Source of the DNA: an uncultured Gammaproteobacteria bacterium
GTDB taxonomy: Bacteria; Patescibacteriota; Microgenomatia; Levybacterales; UBA12049
Direction: 5' to 3'
Length of the DNA stretch: 64,000 nt
Assembly (NCBI GenBank): GCA_964521295.1
Contig: CAZFRF010000001.1
Location: forward strand, 334,146-398,145
A program made the translations under genes and the position numbers. The notes under the pieces are model-generated. The model worked only from the letters and a program-made list of their open reading frames with translations. It had not been told where the DNA came from and ran no database searches. Position 1 is the first letter of the stretch, and each line of letters begins with the position of its first letter. Below are positions 39,151 through 48,990 of this stretch, one piece after another.

Positions 39151-40031
39151 ATATTATGAGGCAGAAATTCAATATACCTTTTTAATCCATCTTTCCATGA
39201 AGGCAATTCAACACCAAGTTTTTTTGCTTTTATATTTGCTAATGCAGAAAAAGTTGGTCTTTTTATTCCACCAGAAAGACCTTTCCTATCAACTGGCTTA
39301 ATTTTTACATTATTTTTTTTAAGATTCATTATCTCTTGAGCAAACTCAGCCCAAGAACAATACCCTGAATTTACTAAATGATATATGCCTCCCTTAGGTT
39401 TTTTACTGAGTAACTCAAATGTTGCATGCGCCAAATCTACTGCATAAGTAGGGCTTACAATTTGCTCAGATGAAACCTCAATAACCTTTGCATTCCTTGC
39501 TTCCCTTAACATATTAAGAACAAAATTACCCTTCACCCTACTACCACTAACTCCTCCATAAACACCACATGTTCTAATAGTTATACTATCTTGATCGTAA
39601 TTAGTAGCAACTATTTCACCCGTATATTTAGACAAACCATACATATGAAGTGGATTTGGAACATCTTCCTCTGTATATGGTTTTCCTTTTTTACCATCAA
39701 AAACATAATCAGTGCTGTAATTTATAAATTTAATTTTTTTTTCTTTTGTTATTAATGCAAGATTGTGAATTGCAAATGAATTTATTGAAAAAAGCTCTTC
39801 AGGATATACTTCTGAATGTGGGGCTGCATGCATTGCAGCGGTATTAATAATTACATCTGGCTTATATTTAGAAATTACTTTTAAAACTTGATCATAGTTA
39901 CAAAGATCAACATCCTCTCTGGTAACACCAATTAATTTATGCTTAAACCCTGGGCCTTGACGAAGTATTTCACTACCTAATTGTCCATTTTTACCAAAAA
40001 CTAAAATCTTCATATCTTGAAATCTTCCCAA
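39147..40031 (-). CDS. dTDP-4-dehydrorhamnose reductase-like (RmlD family) nucleotide-sugar 4-reductase
   Basis: MKILVFGKNGQLGSE Rossmann start and YGLSKYTGE (YxxxK). Length 294 aa. Confidence 0.65.
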   Translation of the reverse strand: MGRFQDMKILVFGKNGQLGSEILRQGPGFKHKLIGVTREDVDLCNYDQVLKVISKYKPDVIINTAAMHAAPHSEVYPEELFSINSFAIHNLALITKEKKIKFINYSTDYVFDGKKGKPYTEEDVPNPLHMYGLSKYTGEIVATNYDQDSITIRTCGVYGGVSGSRVKGNFVLNMLREARNAKVIEVSSEQIVSPTYAVDLAHATFELLSKKPKGGIYHLVNSGYCSWAEFAQEIMNLKKNNVKIKPVDRKGLSGGIKRPTFSALANIKAKKLGVELPSWKDGLKRYIEFLPHNI

Positions 40032-40540
40032 CTAGAATCTTTATCTGATAAAGTTGCTTTCTTTATTGGCCAATTAATTTTAAAAGCCGGATCATTCCAT
40101 CTTATTCCCCGCTCATCATCTGGTGAATAATATTCAGAAACGAAGTATTCTACAGTTGTATCCTTTTCTAAGGTCTGGAATGCATGCGCACATCCTTTTG
40201 GTATCACAAGCATTTTATTATTTTTAGCTGTTAATACTATTCCAAACCATTTACCATAAGTTTTAGATCCTTTCCTAATATCTAAGACAACATCAAATAT
40301 TGAACCACTTATGCATTGAACAATTTTATCTTCTCTTTTTGGTGATTTTTGGTAATGAAGACCCCTTATTGTTCCTTTTTTTTGGGTAAAAGATTTATTA
40401 ATATGAACAATATCATACTTAATTCCAAATTTTTTTAATATTTCTTTTGCGAATACTCTATAGAAATAGCCTCTTTTATCTCCAATTATTTTTGGTTCAA
40501 TAATAAATGCGCCTTTAATTTTTGTTGTAATTATCTGCAT
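40010..40540 (-). CDS. dTDP-4-dehydrorhamnose 3,5-epimerase-like (RmlC cupin family)
   Basis: RGLHYQ motif (IRGLHYQKSP). Size and start (MQIITTKIKGAFIIEPK) are typical of RmlC. Confidence 0.7.
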   Translation of the reverse strand: MQIITTKIKGAFIIEPKIIGDKRGYFYRVFAKEILKKFGIKYDIVHINKSFTQKKGTIRGLHYQKSPKREDKIVQCISGSIFDVVLDIRKGSKTYGKWFGIVLTAKNNKMLVIPKGCAHAFQTLEKDTTVEYFVSEYYSPDDERGIRWNDPAFKINWPIKKATLSDKDSSWEDFKI

Positions 40541-40541
40541 A

Positions 40542-41573
40542 TTAATTCCAATATAACATATTATCAATCTTATTCTTAGCTAGTAAATCTTTTAAGATTG
40601 AAATACGTGTAAAATCTTCTGATATAAAATCTTTTTTTGAATATTTATTCTTTCTCAAAATAACCACTAAGTCTTTTACGGATTTTGATAACATCCAACT
40701 TTGCTTAATATTTGGAAAAAGTTTATGAAATTTATTAAAATTAACCTTATAACTTCTGCTATCTTTACCATGTTCACCTGTAAAATTAATACGTGACTTA
40801 GGAAGACATTTCTTAACTTCTGCTACTAAATCTTTAACCTGAAAATTATTCTCATTAAATCCAATATTTATTACTTTCCCATTTATTTTTTTACTATCTG
40901 CTTTTAAAAACTGCATAAATATATTTGATAAATCTCTAACGTCAATCAACGGCCTCCAAGGAGTACCATCACTCATTATTCTAATTTCACCCAATGCAAG
41001 CGCAGTTGTGACTAAGTTATTAACAACTAAATCATTTCTAAACTTGGGCGCATAACCATAAACAGTTGAATTTCTTAAAATCCCAACGCAAAAATTTTTA
41101 TCTGATAGTTTTATAAGGTTTTTTTCTGAATTAATCTTTGACCTTGCATATGCAGTTATAGGATTAACCTTTGATTTTTCAGTTACTGTGTCTTCCTTTG
41201 CGATTCCATAAATACTACATGATGATGAAAACAAAAATCTTTTTACCCCAGCCCTCTTTGCAAGCTTAGCTAAGCGAATTGTTGATTTAAAATTAATTTC
41301 TTGAGTTAAGTCGTCGTCCAATTCTCCCATTGGATCATTTGATAGGGCACTTAAATGAATAACTGCATCTATACCTTCTAGATCATGTATATTAACTTTT
41401 CTAATATCTTTTGTAATTATTTTGTAATTTGGATTTTTATATTTTTGGGGAATGGTTTTTTTAAAAAAAACAGTGTCAAAACCTACAACGTTATATTTAT
41501 TTTTTAATAACAAGGGAACCAACGAGCTTCCAATATACCCCCTATCACCAGTAACAAGTATGTTTTTCATCAT
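40542..41573 (-). CDS. NAD-dependent epimerase/dehydratase (extended SDR)
   Basis: ILVTGDRGYIGSSL Rossmann start and YARSK (YxxxK). Confidence 0.65.
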   Translation of the reverse strand: MMKNILVTGDRGYIGSSLVPLLLKNKYNVVGFDTVFFKKTIPQKYKNPNYKIITKDIRKVNIHDLEGIDAVIHLSALSNDPMGELDDDLTQEINFKSTIRLAKLAKRAGVKRFLFSSSCSIYGIAKEDTVTEKSKVNPITAYARSKINSEKNLIKLSDKNFCVGILRNSTVYGYAPKFRNDLVVNNLVTTALALGEIRIMSDGTPWRPLIDVRDLSNIFMQFLKADSKKINGKVINIGFNENNFQVKDLVAEVKKCLPKSRINFTGEHGKDSRSYKVNFNKFHKLFPNIKQSWMLSKSVKDLVVILRKNKYSKKDFISEDFTRISILKDLLAKNKIDNMLYWN

Positions 41574-42376
41574 TTACTCCAAACTTTCCACTTAGGATCT
41601 TTTTTCCACTGAGCATTCATTTCTTCAACATCCTGATAAGTATCCATAGCTGCCCAATATCCATCGTGATAATAAACCGCTAGCTCTTTCTTATTAATCA
41701 TTCTTTCAAGGGCTACCTCTATCATTTCTTTTGGCTTAAGATAGTCAAAAATCTTTTTGTCAAAAATCATAAAACCACCATTTACATATTGGTTAAGCTT
41801 TGGTTTTTGCTGAAATCGTTTAATAATTCCTTTTTTATCTGACTCTATTAATCCCCACTTTGATTTAGGATGTACTCCTGTTACCACACCTGCAACTTTC
41901 ATTTTATTATAGAAACTTACTAGTTCATTAATATTTACAGCACCAACTCCATCACCATATGTGACCATTAAGGTGTCTGATTTAATATATTTTTTAACTC
42001 TTAATAATCTTTCACCAGTTAGAATTTCTTGGCCGGTATCTACAAAAGTTATATTAAAATCATCATGCACTTTCTTACTATTTCTATGGACTATTTTTTC
42101 CCCTGATTTTAAATTAACCGTTAAATCATGCGTTAAATATTCTTCATTTATAAAATAATTTTTTATATAATCACCTTTATATCCCAAAGCAATAATAAAA
42201 TTATTAAATCCAAAATGAGAATAGATTTTCATTATATGCCAAAGAATTGGTTTCCCTCCGATTGTTACCATAGGTTTTGGACGAAATTCTGTTTCCTCTT
42301 TCATCCTAGTTCCTTGACCACCACAAAATATAACTACTGGTATATAATTATTTTTATTTTGATTTTTTATTTTCAT
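41570..42376 (-). CDS. rfbF: glucose-1-phosphate cytidylyltransferase (RfbF)
   Basis: IPVVIFCGGQGTRMKEETEFRPKPMVTIGGKPILWHIMKIYSHFGFNNFIIALGYKG closely follows the RfbF consensus. Confidence 0.8.
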   Translation of the reverse strand: MKIKNQNKNNYIPVVIFCGGQGTRMKEETEFRPKPMVTIGGKPILWHIMKIYSHFGFNNFIIALGYKGDYIKNYFINEEYLTHDLTVNLKSGEKIVHRNSKKVHDDFNITFVDTGQEILTGERLLRVKKYIKSDTLMVTYGDGVGAVNINELVSFYNKMKVAGVVTGVHPKSKWGLIESDKKGIIKRFQQKPKLNQYVNGGFMIFDKKIFDYLKPKEMIEVALERMINKKELAVYYHDGYWAAMDTYQDVEEMNAQWKKDPKWKVWSK

Positions 42377-42429
42377 AAATAAATTAGACTGATATTAACA
42401 AATAAAATAATTTTTTACAATTATATTTT

Positions 42430-43155
42430 CTATTTATTCTTTGCTCTTAAAACAATAAAATGTGCATGCCTTGGATCAATATTACTTAAAAATTTAGATA
42501 TTAAACCAAAAAAAGGAAAATAACCTACTCCTTTTATCTTCTCTACCTTAAAGCCGTATTCTTTAAAAGCATCAATAAGCATTTTGTAAGCAAGCACCTT
42601 ATTATGACTTAACTCTCCTAACTCATCTTCATTTTCAATCAGATAACCCTCAGCTATAGACAAAGGATTACCTAATATCTTATTGGCAACTCCATATGCG
42701 GTAATAAATGGTTGCCAACCTAAAATTAAGGCTATTATATTTGGCCAATTAGATAAATTATCTGTGCCAACTATAATATGCCCACCTTTTTTTAAAATCC
42801 TCTTGGATTCCTTTAAAAAAAGTCCAGTGTTATACAAATGCTCTAAGCTAAAATGACTTAATACCATATCAAAAGACTCATCTTTAAATGGAAGCTTATG
42901 ATTCAAACTTGCTGGAACAAATTTAATTTTTTTACCTTTTAAATATTTTTCCATGCTAATTGAATCAATGCCAAAAACAGCAGAAGACTTGGCTTTTTTT
43001 GCAAATTCAAGGGTTAACTTTCCATCACCACAACCCAAATCTATAATCTTAGATTTATTTTTTACTGGTATAAGCTCAATAAAAGATTTAACCTCTTCTT
43101 TTCCCCAATCTTGAAATATGAAAAATGAATATTTTTTTATTAATTTAATTAACAT
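42430..43155 (-). CDS. class I SAM-dependent methyltransferase
   Basis: IIDLGCGDGKLT motif I. Confidence 0.65.
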   Translation of the reverse strand: MLIKLIKKYSFFIFQDWGKEEVKSFIELIPVKNKSKIIDLGCGDGKLTLEFAKKAKSSAVFGIDSISMEKYLKGKKIKFVPASLNHKLPFKDESFDMVLSHFSLEHLYNTGLFLKESKRILKKGGHIIVGTDNLSNWPNIIALILGWQPFITAYGVANKILGNPLSIAEGYLIENEDELGELSHNKVLAYKMLIDAFKEYGFKVEKIKGVGYFPFFGLISKFLSNIDPRHAHFIVLRAKNK

Positions 43156-43156
43156 A

Positions 43157-44119
43157 TTAATTATTATTAAAATATTTTATTGTATTAATTAATCCTTCTT
43201 CTAGACTTATTGTTTCTTTAAACTTAATTATTTTTTTAGATTTATTTATATTGGCAACTCTATCTCTATTTACTGCGTCACTTTTTAGAAATATAATTTT
43301 ACTTTTACTTTTTGTTAATTTAATAATTAAATTAGCTAATGATTTAATTGATACTACGTTTTCTCCAGCAATATTAACTGGTTCTGGAGTTGGATAATAT
43401 ACAACTAGATCTAACAATGCTTTAACTAAATCGGTTACATATATAAATGATTTTCTAGAGCTTCCATTGCCCCAAATTGTTATATCTTCATTTTTTAATG
43501 CTTTCTCAATAAAAAGAGGAATTACTCTACCTTTTTCCCTAGAATAATCTCTAGGACCATATACGTTTCCAGGTCTTGCAACAGATATTTTAAGACCATG
43601 CTTACTATAAATTTTTGCTGCAACCTCACTAAATCTTTTTGACCAAACATAGCCATTTGCCTCTTCGTCTAAATTATAATGAATATCAGTTTCTTTAAAT
43701 GGAGTTTTTTCTTTTGCTGGATATACCTCTATTGAAGAAACAAGCAAGACTCGATCTACCTTATTAATTTTTGCTGCTTCTAATATATTTAAAACAATAT
43801 TGTTATTTTCTCTAAATATTTGAGATGAGTTTTCTTCTTTAAATATGGCACTTCCGTCTTTTGCGGCAAGATTTAAAATAATATCTATATTTTTAGTTAT
43901 CTTTAAAACACTATCAAAATCTAACAAATCAATCTTTTTAAACTTAATCTTTTTTTTAGATTTTACTAAATTGGTATTTATTTTTGAGGAAGTGGATTTT
44001 TTAGAAATTATTGCAGTAACATTGGCATCATTTTCTACTAAAAGATCACACAGAGTAGATCCTATAAACCCAGATGCTCCTGTTAATAATACTTTTTTAT
44101 TTTTCCAATAATTATTCAT
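43157..44119 (-). CDS. NAD-dependent epimerase/dehydratase (extended SDR; candidate CDP-hexose 4,6-dehydratase or reductase)
   Basis: KVLLTGASGFIGSTL and YVWSK (YxxxK). Confidence 0.6.
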   Translation of the reverse strand: MNNYWKNKKVLLTGASGFIGSTLCDLLVENDANVTAIISKKSTSSKINTNLVKSKKKIKFKKIDLLDFDSVLKITKNIDIILNLAAKDGSAIFKEENSSQIFRENNNIVLNILEAAKINKVDRVLLVSSIEVYPAKEKTPFKETDIHYNLDEEANGYVWSKRFSEVAAKIYSKHGLKISVARPGNVYGPRDYSREKGRVIPLFIEKALKNEDITIWGNGSSRKSFIYVTDLVKALLDLVVYYPTPEPVNIAGENVVSIKSLANLIIKLTKSKSKIIFLKSDAVNRDRVANINKSKKIIKFKETISLEEGLINTIKYFNNN

Positions 44120-44952
44120 TTTATTATTAAAGAATGTATTATTCCCACAACTCCACCAAAGGATTCAACGGCTTTCATTATAACAAACACGAATGCATCA
44201 AATGGCCTTGATACAAATAATCTCCAGTTCTTAAAATAAGACACTCTAATTGGAAAATAGCTATATACACCAACCCTAGGCCTTTTCTTAACATACTTAA
44301 GAACATCTTTACCATATATATACTTTTTTTTGAATAACTTTGTAATTGTTAAATTTCCTTCATTGTGCCTAACTATACTCTTTGTTCTTCCTACTCTATA
44401 TCCTTTATCTAATAATTTATAATAAAGATCACCGTCATCCCTGCCTGATGCCAGCTTCTCATCCAAACCGCCTACTAAAAGCCATATTTTTTTCTTGAAA
44501 AATCTAGGCGCCTCTATACCATCGTCTCCCCAATAGCACCTTCTTTCTAAATTTTTAGCTTTCGCCCAAATACCAATACCAAATGATTCTTCTGGTAGAA
44601 TAACCCCATCATATTTACCTTCACAAAGAGATACTGCCTCTTTAATTAGATTTTTTTCAAGCTCCATATCTGAATCTAGGTAATATACATATTTTCCTTT
44701 TGACTTAACTACTCCATAATTTCTTTTCATTGTGGCGTCAAAAGTACCTGGCTTTACTTTTGGCACAAAAGTAAAAACTTTAGATTTATACTTTTTTGCA
44801 ATCTCACTAGTTTTATCACTAGATTTTCCATCAACGATAATCACTTCAATATTTTTATACGTTTGGTTTTTAATACTTTTTAAAGTATTTTCTAGTGTCT
44901 CAGCAGAATTTCTTGTTGGAATTATTATTGAGACTAAGTTGTTTTTTTTCAT
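44116..44952 (-). CDS. glycosyltransferase family 2
   Basis: VSIIIPTRNSAETL, VIIVDGKSSDKT, YLDSDME. Confidence 0.7.
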   Translation of the reverse strand: MKKNNLVSIIIPTRNSAETLENTLKSIKNQTYKNIEVIIVDGKSSDKTSEIAKKYKSKVFTFVPKVKPGTFDATMKRNYGVVKSKGKYVYYLDSDMELEKNLIKEAVSLCEGKYDGVILPEESFGIGIWAKAKNLERRCYWGDDGIEAPRFFKKKIWLLVGGLDEKLASGRDDGDLYYKLLDKGYRVGRTKSIVRHNEGNLTITKLFKKKYIYGKDVLKYVKKRPRVGVYSYFPIRVSYFKNWRLFVSRPFDAFVFVIMKAVESFGGVVGIIHSLIIK

Positions 44953-45794
44953 TACTTCTTTCTTGCAAGTATAGCAGTACCTAATCCGCTTTTATTATCT
45001 ATAAGAAGATCAAGCTTAGACAATAAATACAAGAATGGATAAAAAATGCCAAGCAAAATAAAACCTTTAGGTAAAATCATGTGATTTAATTCCCAAGCAA
45101 GTTTTCCAAAAAAACCAAATGTCTCTCTTGCCCAAATATTACTAAATCCTAAATCCGCCATTGTTTTTTTTAGCTCATCTGGCGTAAAGCCCTCATGAAT
45201 ATGCCCTTCATGATGCCAATTCTCTAAACTCTTGAAAATACGTTTTTGATTTTTTTGAGGGGTATGGATAAAAAGATATCCACCCTTTGCAAGCAATTTA
45301 TAAAAACTTCTTAGAACATCTTTATAATCATCTATATGCTCTAAAACATCAATATTTACTATTAGATCATATTTATTCTTATTTTTAAAAGAAGGCCTTG
45401 TGACATCACCGTATATAAAATTAGTATTTTCTATCTTTAACTGTTTTGCAAACCCTTCTGAAAAAGACAGTTTATTCTTATCAATCTCCCATCCATCAAC
45501 AACTGACTTATTAAATTTATTACTAAGCCAAAAAGTATATATTCCTATACCACTTCCTGCATCAAGCACTCTTTTTACCTTGCTTATCTTAACCCTCTCC
45601 GAAACCATATCCCTAAAATAGCTACTTCTTAATTGAAACCCAATCTCTGGAATACCAAAAATAAGTAAATATGTTTTTTGAAGCAAAGTAAGAATTAAAA
45701 AATTTTTATTTTTAATGTTTTTCTTATTTCCTGACATCTCTTTAAGAGAATCCATAAGAATTTGTGGATGATTATAATAATTAGAACCAAACAT
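44952..45794 (-). CDS. class I SAM-dependent methyltransferase
   Basis: VLDAGSGIGIYT motif I. Motif II LIVNIDVLEH. Confidence 0.65.
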   Translation of the reverse strand: MFGSNYYNHPQILMDSLKEMSGNKKNIKNKNFLILTLLQKTYLLIFGIPEIGFQLRSSYFRDMVSERVKISKVKRVLDAGSGIGIYTFWLSNKFNKSVVDGWEIDKNKLSFSEGFAKQLKIENTNFIYGDVTRPSFKNKNKYDLIVNIDVLEHIDDYKDVLRSFYKLLAKGGYLFIHTPQKNQKRIFKSLENWHHEGHIHEGFTPDELKKTMADLGFSNIWARETFGFFGKLAWELNHMILPKGFILLGIFYPFLYLLSKLDLLIDNKSGLGTAILARKK

Positions 45795-45800
45795 AATTAA

Positions 45801-47120
45801 CTATTGTTCATTATATAAAAAAATAGTCCAAATATTTAGGAGGAAAATAAAAATTAAAAGAGCATAATTTAATAAATTAGATTTCCTTAGTGTTTTTGGG
45901 AAAACAAGTGGAACAAGTGAAAGACCACAAAGTATTAAATATACTCTAAATATTAGAAACGAGAATCCATAAGACGCTCCCCAACTAAGCTGTAGCATTG
46001 AAAGGCCAGTAAAAAGCAAAAAGAGCAATGTGAATATTCTATTTTTATTAAAATGATCTTGTAAGAATAAAGCAATAGAAACTATTAAGAATGGATAGAA
46101 GGGAAATCTATACCATCCATGACTTGGCTCATTTGGGATTGCAAAAGTATAAACTGCAAAATATGCCATAAATGGAATTAGAACTAAATAGTTTTTCTTA
46201 ATATCTTTGGCTGCAATTAAAAATATCGCAAACCAACCAATATATATCCACCCATCAATCATGAACCTATCAACCGCATAAGGAGAAGTAAAAATAGCAA
46301 AAATACTATTAAAAATTAAATCATATCTTTGTAACTGAAAACTTAGTAAATCAAAAAACAATTTGGAATCATAATGCACTCCATAAACAACAAATAATAA
46401 TACTATTGGTATAACAATTGCCAAAAATCTAAAGACATCATTGAATTTTCTAAATAAAAGTAAAATAAGAATCACTGCTAATGTAGCTGCAAGCCAAGGG
46501 AGCTTTGCTAAGGCTAATATTCCACATATCACAGCAGCTAAGTTTCTAAAAATAGTTTTTTTAGTTTTTAAAAACCTATGTATTAATAAAAGTGACAATA
46601 AGAAAAAGGGGATAAAGAAGTTTTCGTTTTGAACAATTCTTGATCCAACTACAACAGTTGGTACAGTAGCATAGATTAAGGCAGATAATAATCCTATTTT
46701 AAATCCATAAAACTCTGCGGCAAACACATATAGCATAAAAATACTTAAAACTCCAAGTATTAAGGCAAGTCCTCTAATATGTTGTACATCTACTTCATAC
46801 ATATCCTTTACACCCGATAATAATGCATAGGAACCTGCAACTAAACCAAATACAGGTGGGTGTTCAAGATATGGCTTTACAATAAAAAAATTTGTTTTTT
46901 GATAAATCACATGTTTCTTATCAGTATATTGAGGATGATATGACCAGGAAATTGGAGTATGATTTTGAATAATATTTATTCCAAGCCATGTCCAAGCATA
47001 TTCATCAAATGTAGATCCAACTCTTGGCCATGTATATAGATTGTTAAATCTAAGCACTAATCCTAGAACTAATATTAAAGCTAATAGTAAAAATCTAAAT
47101 TTAAATAAATACTTATCCAT
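45801..47120 (-). CDS. polytopic GT-C-fold glycosyltransferase-like membrane protein (439 aa)
   Basis: About 11 TM helices. First-loop motif STFDEYAWTWLG (DE). Confidence 0.45.
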   Translation of the reverse strand: MDKYLFKFRFLLLALILVLGLVLRFNNLYTWPRVGSTFDEYAWTWLGINIIQNHTPISWSYHPQYTDKKHVIYQKTNFFIVKPYLEHPPVFGLVAGSYALLSGVKDMYEVDVQHIRGLALILGVLSIFMLYVFAAEFYGFKIGLLSALIYATVPTVVVGSRIVQNENFFIPFFLLSLLLIHRFLKTKKTIFRNLAAVICGILALAKLPWLAATLAVILILLLFRKFNDVFRFLAIVIPIVLLFVVYGVHYDSKLFFDLLSFQLQRYDLIFNSIFAIFTSPYAVDRFMIDGWIYIGWFAIFLIAAKDIKKNYLVLIPFMAYFAVYTFAIPNEPSHGWYRFPFYPFLIVSIALFLQDHFNKNRIFTLLFLLFTGLSMLQLSWGASYGFSFLIFRVYLILCGLSLVPLVFPKTLRKSNLLNYALLIFIFLLNIWTIFLYNEQ

Positions 47121-48219
47121 TTATTGCTACTTTTTTAATAACTGATAAACTTTTTACTGCTGCATCTTCCCAGTCAAACGTATGAGCCCACTTCTTAGCA
47201 TTCTTTGATAATCTAAGCCTTAATTCCTTATCGCTCAGCACTCTACATACTTTTTCAACAAATTCTGACTCATTTTCTGCAAGAAAACCCGTTTGACCAT
47301 CTTTTACTGACTCTGAAAGACCTGCAACATTAAATGCTACAGTTGAGGCGCCATGTAAATTTGCTTCAATAACTGAAATTCCCCAACCCTCTCCGATTGA
47401 AGGATTTACAAATACCCATGTCTTAGAAAGTAAATGCTTTTTTTCTGATTCACTTACTGGACCAATTATTTTAATTTTTCTTCTTGCCACACTTCTCATA
47501 GTCATATCTGTAATTGACGATGCCTCTGTGCCCCAACCTGCAATTATTAAATTTGCATTTGGAATTTTTTTTAATATCTCAGGCATTAACTTGATTAGCA
47601 AATCAACTCTTTTATACTTTTTAATTCTTCCTAAATATAGAATTGTTGGTTTATAAAATTTACTTAATGAATTACTCACCTTTACCTTATTAATTCCACA
47701 ATAAACAATTTCAATATTCTTACTCTTTAAGCCTAATTTAATTAGATCGTCTCTAGTAGTCTTTGAAATAGAAATAATTTTTGTATTAATATATAAAAGA
47801 GGAAAAAGATATTTTTCTATTACAAATCCTACAATATTTATAGGAAAAGGGAGTTCAATAAAAAATTGCTTACCATGGACATGATAAACAACAGCAATTT
47901 TAGGCTTTCTAATATAAAAAGGGGTAAAAAAGGGAATTCCATTTTGCACATCTACAACAACATCTGTATTATTTCTAAATTTTTTAAAATAATATATAAA
48001 TGCCCAAAAATATAAAGCAAACCTTCCACCTTTTCTATAAACCCTAATGCCATTTATCACTTCTTCGTCTTTAAGACCACCTTTAACATCTTGTCCACAG
48101 AAAAGACTTACACTATGTCCCATCTTAACCCATCTTCTTGCAAGCTCTGAAATATAAACCTCTCCTCCTCCTGCCCACTCATGTCTTGTATCTCTCCAGT
48201 TTAAAATTAAAATATTCAT
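47113..48219 (-). CDS. glycosyltransferase family 4
   Basis: EGWGISVIEANLHGASTVAF. Confidence 0.7.
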   Translation of the reverse strand: MNILILNWRDTRHEWAGGGEVYISELARRWVKMGHSVSLFCGQDVKGGLKDEEVINGIRVYRKGGRFALYFWAFIYYFKKFRNNTDVVVDVQNGIPFFTPFYIRKPKIAVVYHVHGKQFFIELPFPINIVGFVIEKYLFPLLYINTKIISISKTTRDDLIKLGLKSKNIEIVYCGINKVKVSNSLSKFYKPTILYLGRIKKYKRVDLLIKLMPEILKKIPNANLIIAGWGTEASSITDMTMRSVARRKIKIIGPVSESEKKHLLSKTWVFVNPSIGEGWGISVIEANLHGASTVAFNVAGLSESVKDGQTGFLAENESEFVEKVCRVLSDKELRLRLSKNAKKWAHTFDWEDAAVKSLSVIKKVAING

Positions 48220-48956
48220 TTTGTATAATAGTGCAAGATTTTAATTCTATAAAAAACTGCTAAATTATCCCACATCATTCGAATAATTGTTTTCCAAAAG
48301 TTAAAAGCAGAGATAGAGCTATAACCCTTAAAATCAAGCTTTATAGGCGATTCATAAATTTTTCTATAACCAAGTAAGTATGCTACGGCTAAAAATTCTA
48401 TATCAAAAGCGAATCTTTTAACAAGTAGTCTCTTAAAAACATTTTTTGCCACTTCTTTTGTGTATATTTTAAAACCAACCTGAGTATCTTTAACATTAAA
48501 TCCAAAGAGAAGATGTGTAAAATTTCTATAACCCCATGAAAGTATTTTTCTTGCGATTGGATAATTTACTTTTGATTGAGGATGAAGCTTGCTACCAACA
48601 ACAATGTCTGCATTATTAAATTCCATTAAATTAAGCATTATGGATATTTCAGATGGATCAATATCCATACCTGCATCTATAAAACCAATAACATCTCCCT
48701 TTGCTTTTAAAGTACCAAATTTCACTGCGTAACCTTTTCCTTGGTTTTTTTCGTATGTTAAAATTATAATATTACTTTTACTGACTGATTTTACCTTTTC
48801 ATAAGTGTTATCAGCATTACCATCTATAACAACAATTATTTCGTATTTAATGTTTAAATGAGACAAAATACTATCAAGATTTTTAATATCTCTAACAATC
48901 GTTTTCTCTTGCTTATATGCGGGGACAACTAAAGATAAATACTTAAAACTTTTCAT
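48216..48956 (-). CDS. polyprenyl-phosphate glycosyltransferase (DPM1/GtrB-type GT2, no TM helices)
   Basis: LSLVVPAYKQEKTI, IIVVIDGNADNT, DAGMDIDPSEI, VVGSK. Confidence 0.65.
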   Translation of the reverse strand: MKSFKYLSLVVPAYKQEKTIVRDIKNLDSILSHLNIKYEIIVVIDGNADNTYEKVKSVSKSNIIILTYEKNQGKGYAVKFGTLKAKGDVIGFIDAGMDIDPSEISIMLNLMEFNNADIVVGSKLHPQSKVNYPIARKILSWGYRNFTHLLFGFNVKDTQVGFKIYTKEVAKNVFKRLLVKRFAFDIEFLAVAYLLGYRKIYESPIKLDFKGYSSISAFNFWKTIIRMMWDNLAVFYRIKILHYYTK

Positions 48957-48990
48957 CAGCGAATAAAATTAGAATCGAGCTTATATTACA

